From positions 64,001 to 128,000 of the IMG/VR virus record IMGVR_UViG_3300046010_015054: a DNA stretch of 64,000 nucleotides; one strand, written 5' to 3'. A program made the translations under genes and the position numbers. The stretch comes from a virus. Below are positions 50,901 to 59,373 of this stretch, piece by piece (the stretch's first letter is position 1; each line of letters begins with the position of its first letter). The notes below the pieces were generated by a model, which was not told the origin of the DNA, did not search any database, and worked only from the letters and a program-made list of their open reading frames with translations.

Positions 50901-52865
50901 TGAAGATCCGCTTGTTCCACTTGTACCAGATGAACCATCTGTACCAGAGGTACCAGAGGTACCAGAAGTGCCTGAAGAACCATCTGTTCCTGATGTTCCT
51001 GATGAACCATCTGTACCTGAGGTACCGCTTGTGCCCGAAGTACCATTTATACCACTTAAACCTGAAGAACCTGAGGTACCTGAAGTACCACCTGTACCAC
51101 TTGTACCAGAAGTACCACCGGTACCTGAAGTGCCACTTGTTCCTGAAGTTCCGGATTCACCACTTGAGCCTGATGTTCCAGATGTACCATTTACACCTGA
51201 TAATCCTGATGTGCCTGAGGTTCCTGAAGTACCTATACCTGAAGTTCCACTTGAACCACTTGTTCCAGAAGTGCCATCTATACCTGATGTACCTGAAGTA
51301 CCTGCTTCTCCTGAAGTGCCACTTGTACCCGAAGTACCATTAATCCCAGAAGTTCCTGATGAACCATCTGTACCTGAGGTACCACTAGTACCTGATTCTC
51401 CTGATGTGCCTGATGTTCCTGAAATTCCACTTGTACCTGAAGTACCAGATTCACCACTTGTTCCACTTGTACCAGATTCTCCAGAGGTACCTGAAGTACC
51501 AGACTCACCTGAAGTACCGGATGTACCTGAAATTCCTGATGTACCTGATGTACCCGAAGTACCTATACCAGAAGTGCCAGAAGTTCCTGATGAACCATCA
51601 GTACCTGAAGTGCCACTAGTACCTGATTCTCCTGATGTACCTGAAGTACCAGTTTCACCTGAAGTACCACTTGTGCCTGAAGTACCAGAAGATCCTGAGT
51701 CTCCTGAAGTGCCTCCTGTAATAGTTACTAATACTGCTGTACCTGATCCTGTTGATTCAACTTGTACACCACTACCAGTAAAGTAGAACGCACCGATATT
51801 GGTATCAACGAGTGAGCCCGTATAATAAATTGTAGTACCAATAGTAACGTTAACTTCTCCTGGATTACTGCCAGTTTCTGCAACTACACCTGATCCTGTA
51901 AAGTTAATTAGTGTAGCGTTTGTTGTTAAGACAAAATTTTCGTCTGAAATTGTAATAGCAGAACCTGCTCCTGAAGTACCTGAGGTACCGCTAGTACCAG
52001 TTTCACCTGAAGTACCACTTGTACCAGATGATCCTGAAGAGCCTATGCCTGAAGTACCTGAGGTACCACTTGTTCCTGAAGTTCCTTCACCTGATGTACC
52101 AGAAGTGCCACTTGTACCATTAATACCAGAAGTACCTGAAGTACCATCAGCACCCGAAGTACCACTTGTACCTGATGTGCCTACGCCTGAAGTGCCAGAT
52201 GAACCATCTGTACCTGAAGTACCACTTGTTCCTGATGTACCTACACCTGAAGTACCAGATGAACCATCTGTACCTGAAGTACCTGATGTGCCTGAAGAAC
52301 CGATACCTGAAGTACCGGAAGAACCATCTGTACCAGATGTTCCTGAAGTACCTGAAGAGCCTGTACCTGATGTACCTGAAGTACCATCTGTTCCAGATGT
52401 GCCGCTGGTACCTGATGTGCCTACACCTGAAGTACCTGAAGTGCCATCTGTACCTGAAGTACCTGATGTGCCTGAAGAACCGATACCTGAAGTACCACTT
52501 GTACCAGATGAACCATCTGTACCTGAAGTACCTGAAGAACCTATACCTGATGTACCTGAAGTACCACTTGTGCCTGAAGTTCCTGAAGAACCTGAAGAAC
52601 CTGAAGAACCAGAACCACCACCAGTACCAGTAATTGTAATAGTAGCACCATTTGAACCAGACGCTTCAACAAAAACCCCACTACCTGTAAAGTTTAATGT
52701 TGCAACATTTGATACAACTAATGAACTTGTGTAGTAAATATTAACTGCTCCACCTATACCGGAAGTACCTGAAGTACCTGAAGTGCCATCTGTGCCACTT
52801 CCTCCACCGGTTGACTGAAAACTCCCAATTGATATTTGGTCTAAAAATCTAGCGTTACTGGCCAT
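44937..52865 (-). CDS. Giant Ser/Thr/Gly (Gly-X-Y) repeat fibre protein with C-terminal chaperone-like domain, 2642 aa
   Basis: >2000 aa of SGT/SGS/DGS triplets; C-terminal KNFDIPHP...LRY--LEGPE-GVY-RG domain typical of phage fibre chaperones. Confidence 0.88.
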   Translation of the reverse strand: MASNARFLDQISIGSFQSTGGGSGTDGTSGTSGTSGIGGAVNIYYTSSLVVSNVATLNFTGSGVFVEASGSNGATITITGTGGGSGSSGSSGSSGTSGTSGTSGTSGIGSSGTSGTDGSSGTSGTSGIGSSGTSGTSGTDGTSGTSGVGTSGTSGTSGTDGTSGTSGTGSSGTSGTSGTDGSSGTSGIGSSGTSGTSGTDGSSGTSGVGTSGTSGTSGTDGSSGTSGVGTSGTSGTSGADGTSGTSGINGTSGTSGTSGEGTSGTSGTSGTSGIGSSGSSGTSGTSGETGTSGTSGTSGAGSAITISDENFVLTTNATLINFTGSGVVAETGSNPGEVNVTIGTTIYYTGSLVDTNIGAFYFTGSGVQVESTGSGTAVLVTITGGTSGDSGSSGTSGTSGTSGETGTSGTSGESGTSGTSGTDGSSGTSGTSGIGTSGTSGTSGISGTSGTSGESGTSGTSGESGTSGTSGESGTSGTSGISGTSGTSGESGTSGTSGTDGSSGTSGINGTSGTSGTSGEAGTSGTSGIDGTSGTSGSSGTSGIGTSGTSGTSGLSGVNGTSGTSGSSGESGTSGTSGTSGTGGTSGTSGTGGTSGTSGSSGLSGINGTSGTSGTSGTDGSSGTSGTDGSSGTSGTSGTSGTDGSSGTSGTSGSSGLSGINGTSGTSGTDGTSGTSGTDGSSGTSGTGGTSGTSGTDGTSGTSGSSGLSGINGTSGTSGTDGSSGTSGTDGSSGTSGTSGTSGSSGTSGTDGSSGTSGSSGLSGINGTSGTSGTSGTDGSSGTSGTDGSSGISGTSGTSGTDGSSGTSGTSGSSGLSGINGTSGTSGTDGSSGTSGTDGSSGTSGSSGTSGSSGTSGTDGSSGTSGSSGLSGINGTSGTSGTSGTDGSSGTSGTDGSSGTSGTSGSSGTSGTDGSSGTSGSSGLSGINGTSGTSGTSGTDGSSGTSGESGTSGSSGTSGTDGSSGTSGTSGSSGLSGINGTSGTSGSSGTSGTDGSSGTSGTDGSSGTSGTSGTDGSSGTSGSSGLSGINGTSGTSGTSGTDGSSGTSGESGTSGSSGTSGTDGSSGTSGTSGSSGLSGINGTSGTSGSSGTSGESGTSGTSGTDGSSGTSGTDGSSGTSGTSGSSGSSGTSGSSGSSGTSGTDGSSGTSGTDGSSGTSGTSGTSGTDGTSGTSGTSGSSGLSGINGTSGTSGSSGTSGTDGSSGTSGTSGSSGSSGTSGTDGSSGTSGSSGSSGTSGSSGSSGTSGSSGTSGTDGSSGTSGSSGTSGSSGTSGTDGSSGTSGTSGSSGLSGINGTSGTSGTSGSSGTDGSSGTSGTSGSSGSSGSSGTSGTDGSSGTSGSSGSSGTSGSSGSSGTSGSSGTSGTDGSSGTSGTSGSSGSSGTSGTSGSSGTSGSSGLSGINGTSGTSGTSGTDGSSGTSGSSGSSGSSGTSGTDGSSGTSGSSGSSGTSGSSGSSGTSGSSGTSGTDGSSGTSGSSGTSGSSGSSGTSGSSGTSGTSGSSGLSGINGTSGTSGTSGTDGSSGTSGSSGSSGSSGTSGTDGSSGTSGSSGSSGTSGSSGSSGTSGSSGTSGTDGSSGTSGTSGSSGSSGSSGTSGSSGTSGTSGSSGLSGINGTSGTSGSSGSSGTSGTDGSSGTSGTSGSSGSSGSSGSSGTSGSSGSSGTSGTSGTSGSSGSSGTSGTDGSSGTSGSSGSSGSSGTSGTSGSSGTSGSSGLSGINGTSGTSGTSGSSGSSGSSGTSGSSGTSGTSGSSGSSGSSGTSGSSGTSGSSGSSGSSGSSGTSGTDGSSGTSGSSGTSGSSGSSGTSGTSGSSGTSGSSGLSGINGTSGTSGTSGSSGSSGSSGTSGSSGSSGTSGTSGSSGSSGSSGSSGTSGSSGTSGTSGSSGSSGSSGTSGTSGSSGTSGTSGSSGSSGTSGTSGSSGLSGINGTSGTSGSSGTSGSSGSSGTSGSSGSSGTSGSSGTSGSSGSSGSSGSSGTSGTSGSSGTSGTSGSSGSSGSSGSSGTSGSSGTSGTSGSSGSSGSSGSSGTSGSSGTSGTSGSSGSSGSSGSSGTSGSSGTSGTSGSSGSSGSSGSSGTSGSSGLSGINGTSGTSGSSGSSGSSGSSGTSGTSGSSGTSGSSGSSGSSGSSGTSGSSGSSGTSGSSGSSGSSGSSGTSGSSGTSGTSGTSGSSGSSGSSGSSGSSGTSGSSGTSGTSGSSGSSGSSGSSGTSGSSGTSGSSGTSGSSGSSGSSGTSGSSGLSGINGTSGTSGSSGSSGSSGSSGTSGSSGSSGTSGSSGSSGSSGTSGSSGSSGTSGSSGSSGSSGSSGTSGSSGSSGTSGSSGSSGSSGSSGTSGSSGSSGTSGSSGSSGSSGSSGSSGTSGSSGTSGSSGTSGSSGSSGSSGSSGSSGTSGSSGLSGVNGTSGTSGSSGSSGIGISGTSGSSGTSGSSGSSGSSGTSGSSGSSGSSGTSGAATINNNTNNYVLTATGTAGLINGEANLTFTGTTLGVNGDISVQGGIDMNNTDVSNVRNITMDGTGNIDGAGTSNINNFNEINGNVKNFDIPHPSKEGWRLRYSVLEGPETGVYIRGKVEGDGVITLPDYWKDLVYHDSLSVQLTPIGKSCTHYVLSASVEQVVVACECGEVNAYYVVFAERKVDPKLIVEYPVKG
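45530..51710. repeat. 9-bp-unit degenerate tandem repeat encoding SGT/SGS triplets
   Basis: cctgaagta / cctgatgaa / ccacttgta units; SGLSGING nodes at regular intervals. Confidence 0.95.
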
Positions 52866-52912
52866 TTTATACTTTCAATTATTATATATGTAATAAATAT
52901 TTTTTATTTTTT

Positions 52913-53944
52913 CTAAATACCAAAATTTGTAGAATTATTTGTATTTGGTTCTATTCTTATTGTTGATAAATTAGGATCATCAGATGGTGCATTTGCAGAT
53001 CTAAATCTTGGATCTTGAGCATTATCTGCTGTTTCAGGAACATAAATTTCATTTGTATTTTTATCACTAATTTCCACATTAGGTAATAATTCAAATGGTG
53101 AAACATCAGTTTCAAGAGAAAAAATTAACTTACACTTATTATTAAATTTCTTTAAAGAAGCTAAGTCTTTTTGTACTGTGTCTGGGATTAGATATCCATA
53201 AAGTTTAATATCAAAAGAAGCACGAATTACTCTTTCGTCATTTTCTTTAATTTCAGTAGTTGTATTGAATTGATCAATACGAGCTTGAAACTGATATCTT
53301 GAAGGATTACCCCAGTATGAGTCTGAAGCGTATTCCATGGCTTCAACAATTTTATTTAATTGTTCCATGTAATAAGTATAAACTACACAAGAGTAGTTAA
53401 CAGTTACATAATCAGGAACTGTAACAGCATAAAATTGTTGTTCAGGAATTCTATTATTTAACACACCAAAATTTGAATAAAAATTTCGTGTATCATATTT
53501 TTTCTTCATTACAGCATATAAATTAGGATAATTTGCATCTAATTTATTAGCTATACTTCTATTTTTAATAATGTTATTTCTTTTAAACATTACCATAGGT
53601 GCCATAATAGCACCATTTTTATCCTTTAAATACCCATCTTTTAACATTGATTTCCATTTTTCAGGAGAACCATATATTACAGGAACTTCAATTCTGTTAC
53701 CATTTTGTATTACGTAAGGTTTAATTACATTTTGGAAATAATAAAGAATAGATTCATCTATATCTTGTAAACCTACAGTAAATGGTTTTACAGTATCACC
53801 TTCCCAACTTTGTTGAAGTGATCTGTTAGGCCCGTTAAAATTAGGATTTGCTAAATTAGGATCACCTAAAATAGCATTTTGCCCTGCATACTCATTGCTA
53901 AGTTGCTGTTGTGTTTTTGGAATAGGTTTTCTACTTTCGGGCAT
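52913..53944 (-). CDS. Tail terminator / sheath stabiliser (T4 gp15-like)
   Basis: VPVIYGSPEKW, P-YVTVNY, EQLNKIVE, F-IKL-GY; follows the neck genes. Confidence 0.7.
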   Translation of the reverse strand: MPESRKPIPKTQQQLSNEYAGQNAILGDPNLANPNFNGPNRSLQQSWEGDTVKPFTVGLQDIDESILYYFQNVIKPYVIQNGNRIEVPVIYGSPEKWKSMLKDGYLKDKNGAIMAPMVMFKRNNIIKNRSIANKLDANYPNLYAVMKKKYDTRNFYSNFGVLNNRIPEQQFYAVTVPDYVTVNYSCVVYTYYMEQLNKIVEAMEYASDSYWGNPSRYQFQARIDQFNTTTEIKENDERVIRASFDIKLYGYLIPDTVQKDLASLKKFNNKCKLIFSLETDVSPFELLPNVEISDKNTNEIYVPETADNAQDPRFRSANAPSDDPNLSTIRIEPNTNNSTNFGI

Positions 53945-54507
53945 TACATTCTTTCTAAAGTTATACTTACTTTATCAGCCGGTACATAGTGAGTTTGACA
54001 AGCTACAGCTACGTTATATCCAAAATTTCCTAAACCAGGATTAAATCCTGGGGGTTGGGTGTCATTTGGATAGTCTGGGTTTTTACCTAAGAAATATTGA
54101 GTTTCCCAAGCTCTATCTACTTCATAATATGAATTTTGATAATAAATTATGTCACCTGGTTGAGGTACATAATTAGCTCCATAGATGTTTCCAAAATCGT
54201 AATTTCTGTTAAAATCATAAAATTTTTCAAGTAAATCATCTCTTAAAAATTGGAAGATAGGTTTCCAAGAAAAGTCCACACCAAAATCACTAACAGGATT
54301 TTGTGATTCAGGTATATCAATAATACAATATAATAATACAGGACCTATATAAAATTTTTCTTGAGAAGCTTCGCCATAAATGTTTGAATTAGTTTGGCTA
54401 GGTCTATATTTGTAAAAAGCTGCTTGTTGAGATATAATATTACCCATCAACTCTCGGTTGATGTGTCTAAACATACTTATATCTCTTTTTTCTCCAAATA
54501 AAGCCAT
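53944..54507 (-). CDS. Neck / head-closure protein (gp14-like)
   Basis: NIYGE, FGV, P--GDIIYYQN-YYEV; downstream of the gp13-like gene. Confidence 0.65.
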   Translation of the reverse strand: MALFGEKRDISMFRHINRELMGNIISQQAAFYKYRPSQTNSNIYGEASQEKFYIGPVLLYCIIDIPESQNPVSDFGVDFSWKPIFQFLRDDLLEKFYDFNRNYDFGNIYGANYVPQPGDIIYYQNSYYEVDRAWETQYFLGKNPDYPNDTQPPGFNPGLGNFGYNVAVACQTHYVPADKVSITLERM

Positions 54508-55727
54508 TATCCTATATAAATTGTCATTGGAACATTATTTAATTCTGATTTAGCGAATTCTGCTTCATCTTTTCTTCTTTCAAGACGTGCTTTACGAGAA
54601 GTTTCATCAAAATATTCTCTTAAACGAGCTATTAATTTATCTTTTTCGTCTTTAGCAGCAGCAATTAAATCACCACCATTAAGTGTTACAGCTGCTCCTG
54701 GGATAGGGATTTGGGAATATTTATTTCTTACATATCCCAACATTTCTTTAGCTTGAGCTAAAGTATATTCAAATATCCAAGAACGACCTATAGAATTTAT
54801 TTGAGAATAAACTGGGTTATTGTAAGGCATGTTAGATACATTTGTAATATATCCTGAACCTGATGCTCCACTACCAGTTTGTATAGAGTCTAAATATCTT
54901 TCACTCTTAATAATATATTCAAACCAGAAATTTACTCCATCATCTGCTGGAGTAGGTACTGGGAATACTTTAAGTTTATTATTTATAAGTTCAAAGCTAT
55001 AAGCTGAGAATAAAATATCGTTTCCAAGTTCTACTTCTTGGATTGCTGCTACGTTGTATGATAAAGGTGTTACAAAGAAATTTGTACCGGCTCCATAACC
55101 AGCCACACCACCTAAACCACCAAAGAAAGAGCCCCAACCGGCACCTAAACCAATACCACCTCCGTAGTAATAGTCTGCAGATGCAGGTACACCTTGATAA
55201 AAAACTCTTTTAATTTCAAGCTCACTACCAGAAATACCTCGATCTTCAGCCCATTGATTTAAATCATATTCTTGTACACTACCTGTTAAAATAACAGATC
55301 CGCTATACCAAGTTACATTACCCCCGGTTCCGGCTTCAGCACCATATTGTTCTGAAACTCTAATAATATTACTATAGTTTGGGGTAATACTAGCATTTTG
55401 AAAAGTATCTGGTGCTTCTTCTAGGGTCATTCCCTCGAAGTTTACAAGATTCTCTCTAACTAAATAAGCATAAAGTTCATTACCATAAACTGTAACCGCC
55501 ATTTCAAAAGCAGTCCAAAAGTTTAAATCTTGTAATTCTACGTTTTCAATAGGCCATCCTAATCTTCTAGCACAGAAGTTTGTGACACTATTTGCATCAT
55601 TTTGGAATTGTACATCATTATCATAAAACCCAAAAGGGGTAGGAGAAGGATACACATTCGATTGTGAAGTGTATAAATTTAAAGATTCTGTGAAATTTGA
55701 GGAGCCACTATATATAGGGATATTCAT
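54507..55727 (-). CDS. Neck / head-tail adaptor protein (gp13-like)
   Basis: RRLGWP--NVEL, WIFEYTLAQAKEMLG-VR-KY--IP-PG--VTLNG-DL, P--IYIG. Confidence 0.85.
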   Translation of the reverse strand: MNIPIYSGSSNFTESLNLYTSQSNVYPSPTPFGFYDNDVQFQNDANSVTNFCARRLGWPIENVELQDLNFWTAFEMAVTVYGNELYAYLVRENLVNFEGMTLEEAPDTFQNASITPNYSNIIRVSEQYGAEAGTGGNVTWYSGSVILTGSVQEYDLNQWAEDRGISGSELEIKRVFYQGVPASADYYYGGGIGLGAGWGSFFGGLGGVAGYGAGTNFFVTPLSYNVAAIQEVELGNDILFSAYSFELINNKLKVFPVPTPADDGVNFWFEYIIKSERYLDSIQTGSGASGSGYITNVSNMPYNNPVYSQINSIGRSWIFEYTLAQAKEMLGYVRNKYSQIPIPGAAVTLNGGDLIAAAKDEKDKLIARLREYFDETSRKARLERRKDEAEFAKSELNNVPMTIYIG

Positions 55728-55769
55728 TCTGCCTTTTTGTTATAAATATCAAAAAGACAATAAATCAAA

Positions 55770-56492
55770 CTATTTTCTTGAAGTTCCTGATGTACCTAAT
55801 TGTACACCTATTTCTTTAGCCTCTTCATAGTAATTAATTAAATCCCCAACAATAGGATCTCTATGGTTTTGCTTTAAAGTAATAGCCTCTAAATTTTTAA
55901 TTTTTCTAGCTCCTTTATATAAGAATCTAAACCCAGAATCTTTTTTGTTTTTAAGGTCTACTTGAATATCGTCACCACAGATAATCATTTTAGATCGTAA
56001 ACCTATACGGGTTACAATCATTTCCATTTGCTCGTGGGTAACGTTTTGAGCTTCGTCTACAATAACAACACTATCAAGAAAAGTCCTACCGCGCATAAAA
56101 GATAAGGGTACAATTTCAAGAGATCCATCTTCGATAAGTTTTTCGACTTTGGTTTTATCATATAAGGCATACATGTTTTGGTAAATTGGTTGAATCCAGG
56201 GATCCATCTTTTCTCTTAGATCTCCTGGTAGAAAACCTATTTCTTCTTTTGAAACTGTTGGACGTGTAATGATAATTTTATCTACCTCTCTCATAAATAA
56301 TTTTTCGAGGGCAATTTGACACGCTAACAATGTTTTACCTGAACCGGCTGCTCCAGCTAATAATGTAACTGTACTTTGAAGTATTTTTGCTTTAGCTTCT
56401 TTTTGTTCTTGGTTTAATTCTATTTTAAATTTTATTGGGTTTTTTGGTTTACGTTTTTCTTTGAAAATATCTTCGTTAGATGTTGTATCCAT
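55770..56492 (-). CDS. phoH: PhoH-family ATPase
   Basis: GAAGSGKT, TRP, GFLPGD--EK, FMRGRTF, DEAQN, GD--QVD, HR. Confidence 0.95.
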   Translation of the reverse strand: MDTTSNEDIFKEKRKPKNPIKFKIELNQEQKEAKAKILQSTVTLLAGAAGSGKTLLACQIALEKLFMREVDKIIITRPTVSKEEIGFLPGDLREKMDPWIQPIYQNMYALYDKTKVEKLIEDGSLEIVPLSFMRGRTFLDSVVIVDEAQNVTHEQMEMIVTRIGLRSKMIICGDDIQVDLKNKKDSGFRFLYKGARKIKNLEAITLKQNHRDPIVGDLINYYEEAKEIGVQLGTSGTSRK

Positions 56493-57210
56493 TTTTAAAA
56501 TTTATTTTTACTAGCTTATCTAAACCAGCATTTACGTGCATTGTATCTTCTAAAACTAATTCAAAGTCAAAACGTTCATCCAAAGGTAGAACTAAATCAA
56601 CTTGAGACCCCCATCTAATTAATGAGAATCTTTCATTTTGGGCAAACACATCATATTGTTTGTTTGTAAAAGGAGCTATAACATTTACATCCTCATCTGC
56701 GATTTGTACTAAATGATATGAATAATCTAAAGATGGAACATAAATTTTGTTGTACATTCTTTCATTAAACTTTAAATAATCCATATTATTAGGATTAATT
56801 GCAGCATTAAGAATGTCTTTTTCAACCGCTAACATGGGTTTATTTGTGCTTTCAATTGGGTCTAACGGCTTATACGTTAATACTCCCCCATATGGTATGC
56901 GATTAATGTGAACGTCGTAGAACGACATAAAAATGCCTATAACTAAACTAGGTACGTTATAATCTTTATCACCTATAACATCCTGAAGTGTGTAGTTCAT
57001 ACCTTTAATTTCAACTACAGGCTCTGATGGGTCTGTAATAAATTTTTGGTAAAGAATTGTACCATCAGCAGGACTATAAAAATGTTCAAAATCTATATAG
57101 TTAGGACGTAACGGGTCTCTAAAGAAGAATACATTTGATAATTCTCCGATAGGTAGTTTAGATAGTTCTTCTACTTCACCATCTAACCAATCTTCTAAAT
57201 ATTGGGCCAT
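56476..57210 (-). CDS. psd: Phosphatidylserine-decarboxylase-like pyruvoyl enzyme, no membrane anchor
   Basis: FFRDP, SPADG, IFMS--DVH-NR-P and RWG|SQVDL autocleavage motif. Confidence 0.75.
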   Translation of the reverse strand: MAQYLEDWLDGEVEELSKLPIGELSNVFFFRDPLRPNYIDFEHFYSPADGTILYQKFITDPSEPVVEIKGMNYTLQDVIGDKDYNVPSLVIGIFMSFYDVHINRIPYGGVLTYKPLDPIESTNKPMLAVEKDILNAAINPNNMDYLKFNERMYNKIYVPSLDYSYHLVQIADEDVNVIAPFTNKQYDVFAQNERFSLIRWGSQVDLVLPLDERFDFELVLEDTMHVNAGLDKLVKINFKNGYNI

Positions 57211-58124
57211 TAAACTAAACTTTTAGTGTAATCTACGTAGTTAAGGTGCATTACCATACATGAAAGAAGAGCACCTGATTTCATATATTCTGAGATATTG
57301 AATATAATAGGCTCCATTCCCTCGTTAGCACAAATTTTTTCTAGTGATTCAATCTTATGTTTTTCACCATCATACAATTCGTCTGTACGCTTTAATTCAG
57401 AAATGTTAGATGCTGCGAGAACCATATTTCCTAATCTTACAGCGTTTGTAATACCACCATATGCGTCATCAATATCAATATCAATGACCTCAGTTACAGA
57501 TTCCATAGCTTTAATTTCTTTAGGAGTAAAGAGTTCAGTACAAACTAAAGTTTTATCTTTAGATAATGGGAAAATAGAACAATCTAAGTGATATAGATAT
57601 TCATCTACCATTTTAACGGGGATAATGTTCATATTAAATTGTTCAGCCATCCACTCATATGTTTTGATATCTGAACGAATTCCGTAACCACCAATGTAGA
57701 TATTATCGTGTAAGTATTTTAAATCTGCCTCGCCTTCCCATTTATGAGGACACATGTGAGTATTGTAACCCATTAAATCAAAAAATGGTTTACCTACTTT
57801 CTCTTCACCTTGTCTTGGTTCTGAGGTAAAGTTAGATAAGACTATATTGTTTGAATCTTTAATGTGGGGTAAATAAATGCCTAAATTAGCTACATATACT
57901 TGATCCTGGAAGTTACCAGCGCTTGGTAAAAGATAGGTTAAAGAAGCACCGGACATAAAATTATACAAGTCTAAAAATTGCTTGTAAGCTTTACCTCTAT
58001 TGATTTTTAAATCTTCAGCTTCTAGTTCTTGCATCCAAACATTGTTTGGATTCGAGGTATCGAGCGTAAACGGGAAATTCATTACATAACTTGGTACCTG
58101 CAATTGCGAGGGAGTTTCTTTCAT
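57210..58124 (-). CDS. Pentein-fold amidinotransferase / arginine deiminase-dihydrolase-like protein
   Basis: DQVYVAN, RQGE, EGEAD, YHLDC and KSGALLSC (catalytic Cys). Confidence 0.85.
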   Translation of the reverse strand: MKETPSQLQVPSYVMNFPFTLDTSNPNNVWMQELEAEDLKINRGKAYKQFLDLYNFMSGASLTYLLPSAGNFQDQVYVANLGIYLPHIKDSNNIVLSNFTSEPRQGEEKVGKPFFDLMGYNTHMCPHKWEGEADLKYLHDNIYIGGYGIRSDIKTYEWMAEQFNMNIIPVKMVDEYLYHLDCSIFPLSKDKTLVCTELFTPKEIKAMESVTEVIDIDIDDAYGGITNAVRLGNMVLAASNISELKRTDELYDGEKHKIESLEKICANEGMEPIIFNISEYMKSGALLSCMVMHLNYVDYTKSLV

Positions 58125-58193
58125 TATAATACTTTTAAGTTATACTTACTTAGTTCCCCTATAAATATAGTAAGGGTACTTAGAGTAGAAAAA

Positions 58194-58213
58194 GGCCTAG
58201 AAAATTCTAGGCC
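58194..58213 (-). terminator. Intrinsic terminator
   Basis: GGCCTAG / CTAGGCC inverted repeat followed by TTTTT on the minus strand. Confidence 0.75.
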
Positions 58214-58235
58214 CTTCTTTACAAATATTAAATTT

Positions 58236-59051
58236 TTATCCTATTCTACCAACAGTTAATATAACTGAAGGAACAGCAGGTCCTAAAGTAGGGGTTCCAT
58301 TATATAGAACAACAGCATTATTATCAGTGCCTGCCATTCTTAATTCATAATAATCTCCTGCTGAAGCTGAGAGATAAAAATTCCATGCAGCTACAGAGGA
58401 ATCATTAGATCCACCTCCTAAAGTAACTCCTGTATTACTATCATCAACATTATTTCCATTTTTTGCTAACCAAATATAAACTGTATTATTACTATTATTA
58501 GTTTTACTTAATTGAGCTGAAAATTGAAGATCATAGATTCCAGTATTAGCTATTTTAATTTGGGTTTTATCTGAGCCACTAATACTAATACCACTAGCAA
58601 AGTCTGTGGTACTATAAGACATTGAATAAACTGTATTAGTTACTGATAAAGATATAGATGCTGTATGATACGCTGATAGATAATAATTAGTAACCCCACT
58701 ACCACCTGAAGTTCCACTAGAACCTGATGTTCCTGAAGAACCTGAAGAACCAGATGTTCCACTTCCTGAAGTTCCACTAGTACCACTTGAACCGGACGTC
58801 CCTGAAATACCCGATGTTCCTGAAGTACCATTTATACCTGATGTACCTGAAGTGCCTGCAACTCCTGAAGTACCCGAAGAACCAGAAGTACCACTACCTG
58901 ATGTACCTGAGGTTCCACTAGTACCTGATGTTCCGGAAAGAAATTGTGAATATTCTACTTGTTTTGTGACACTATCTTGAACTACAACAAATAATTCATC
59001 TCCTACTAAAGGACCAGCTACAGGTAATTGAGATATAGGTAAATTAGGCAT
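58236..59051 (-). CDS. Virion decoration/fibre protein: short SGT repeat + C1q/BclA-CTD-like beta domain
   Basis: PISQLP N-terminal motif, ~25 SGT triplets, C-terminal I---TGIY-LQFSAQL...WL-KNG...AGDYYEL. Confidence 0.7.
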   Translation of the reverse strand: MPNLPISQLPVAGPLVGDELFVVVQDSVTKQVEYSQFLSGTSGTSGTSGTSGSGTSGSSGTSGVAGTSGTSGINGTSGTSGISGTSGSSGTSGTSGSGTSGSSGSSGTSGSSGTSGGSGVTNYYLSAYHTASISLSVTNTVYSMSYSTTDFASGISISGSDKTQIKIANTGIYDLQFSAQLSKTNNSNNTVYIWLAKNGNNVDDSNTGVTLGGGSNDSSVAAWNFYLSASAGDYYELRMAGTDNNAVVLYNGTPTLGPAVPSVILTVGRIG

Positions 59052-59053
59052 AA

Positions 59054-59299
59054 TTAAGTTATTATTATTTTGGAATTATCTTCTTGTAAAATATAAAATA
59101 AATTTTCTTGAAGCAAGAAATTTTCATCTTCGGTTAAATCAACATCTCCTTTATTTTGATACGTAATCCAATTTTGTCGAGCAATAGTTAATTCATATAA
59201 ATATTGATTATAATATTTTACCTGTTCATTTAAAGGTAATTTTTTTATATGTTCAAATTGAACAAATTGTGGCCATAATATTTCTTCAAAAATATTCAT
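59054..59299 (-). CDS. Small hypothetical virion protein
   Basis: Start at 59299 after the terminator and late motif; C-terminal FLLQEN--YILQED repeat. Confidence 0.65.
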   Translation of the reverse strand: MNIFEEILWPQFVQFEHIKKLPLNEQVKYYNQYLYELTIARQNWITYQNKGDVDLTEDENFLLQENLFYILQEDNSKIIIT

Positions 59300-59330
59300 A
59301 TAATATAAATATTGTAAAATGAAATAAGAA

Positions 59331-59350
59331 AGCCCCGCTTTCGCGGGGCT
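59331..59350 (-). terminator. Intrinsic terminator after the major capsid gene
   Basis: AGCCCCGC-GAAA-GCGGGGCU followed by UUCUUAUUU. Confidence 0.88.
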
Positions 59351-59373
59351 CTCCATTTCTATTCTAGGTTAGA

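Noticed and set aside
45499-51786. 2095-aa plus-strand ORF (VPEVPDEP...) and other plus-strand ORFs at 52045-52734 and 52166-52633
   Set aside because: Antisense shadow of the SGT repeat; low-complexity codons lack stops in that frame; no promoter or gene context on the plus strand
38680-52620. Possible CRISPR array, DGR or satellite
   Set aside because: Repeats are 9-bp coding units with synonymous variation; there are no unique spacers, cas genes, reverse transcriptase or adenine-specific TR/VR pair
57210-58124. Amidinotransferase as the archaeosine (dG+) synthase of the que cluster
   Set aside because: Known G+ synthases are ArcS, QueF-like or Gat-QueC, not penteins, and this gene is ~55 kb from the que genes in a late operon
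59300-59356. Upstream starts given in the ORF track for several genes (59356, 38309, 15843, 12384, 3289, 1554, 62397)
   Set aside because: Extensions run through terminators, promoters or neighbouring genes, or use a non-ATG codon just before an ATG; downstream ATGs fit better
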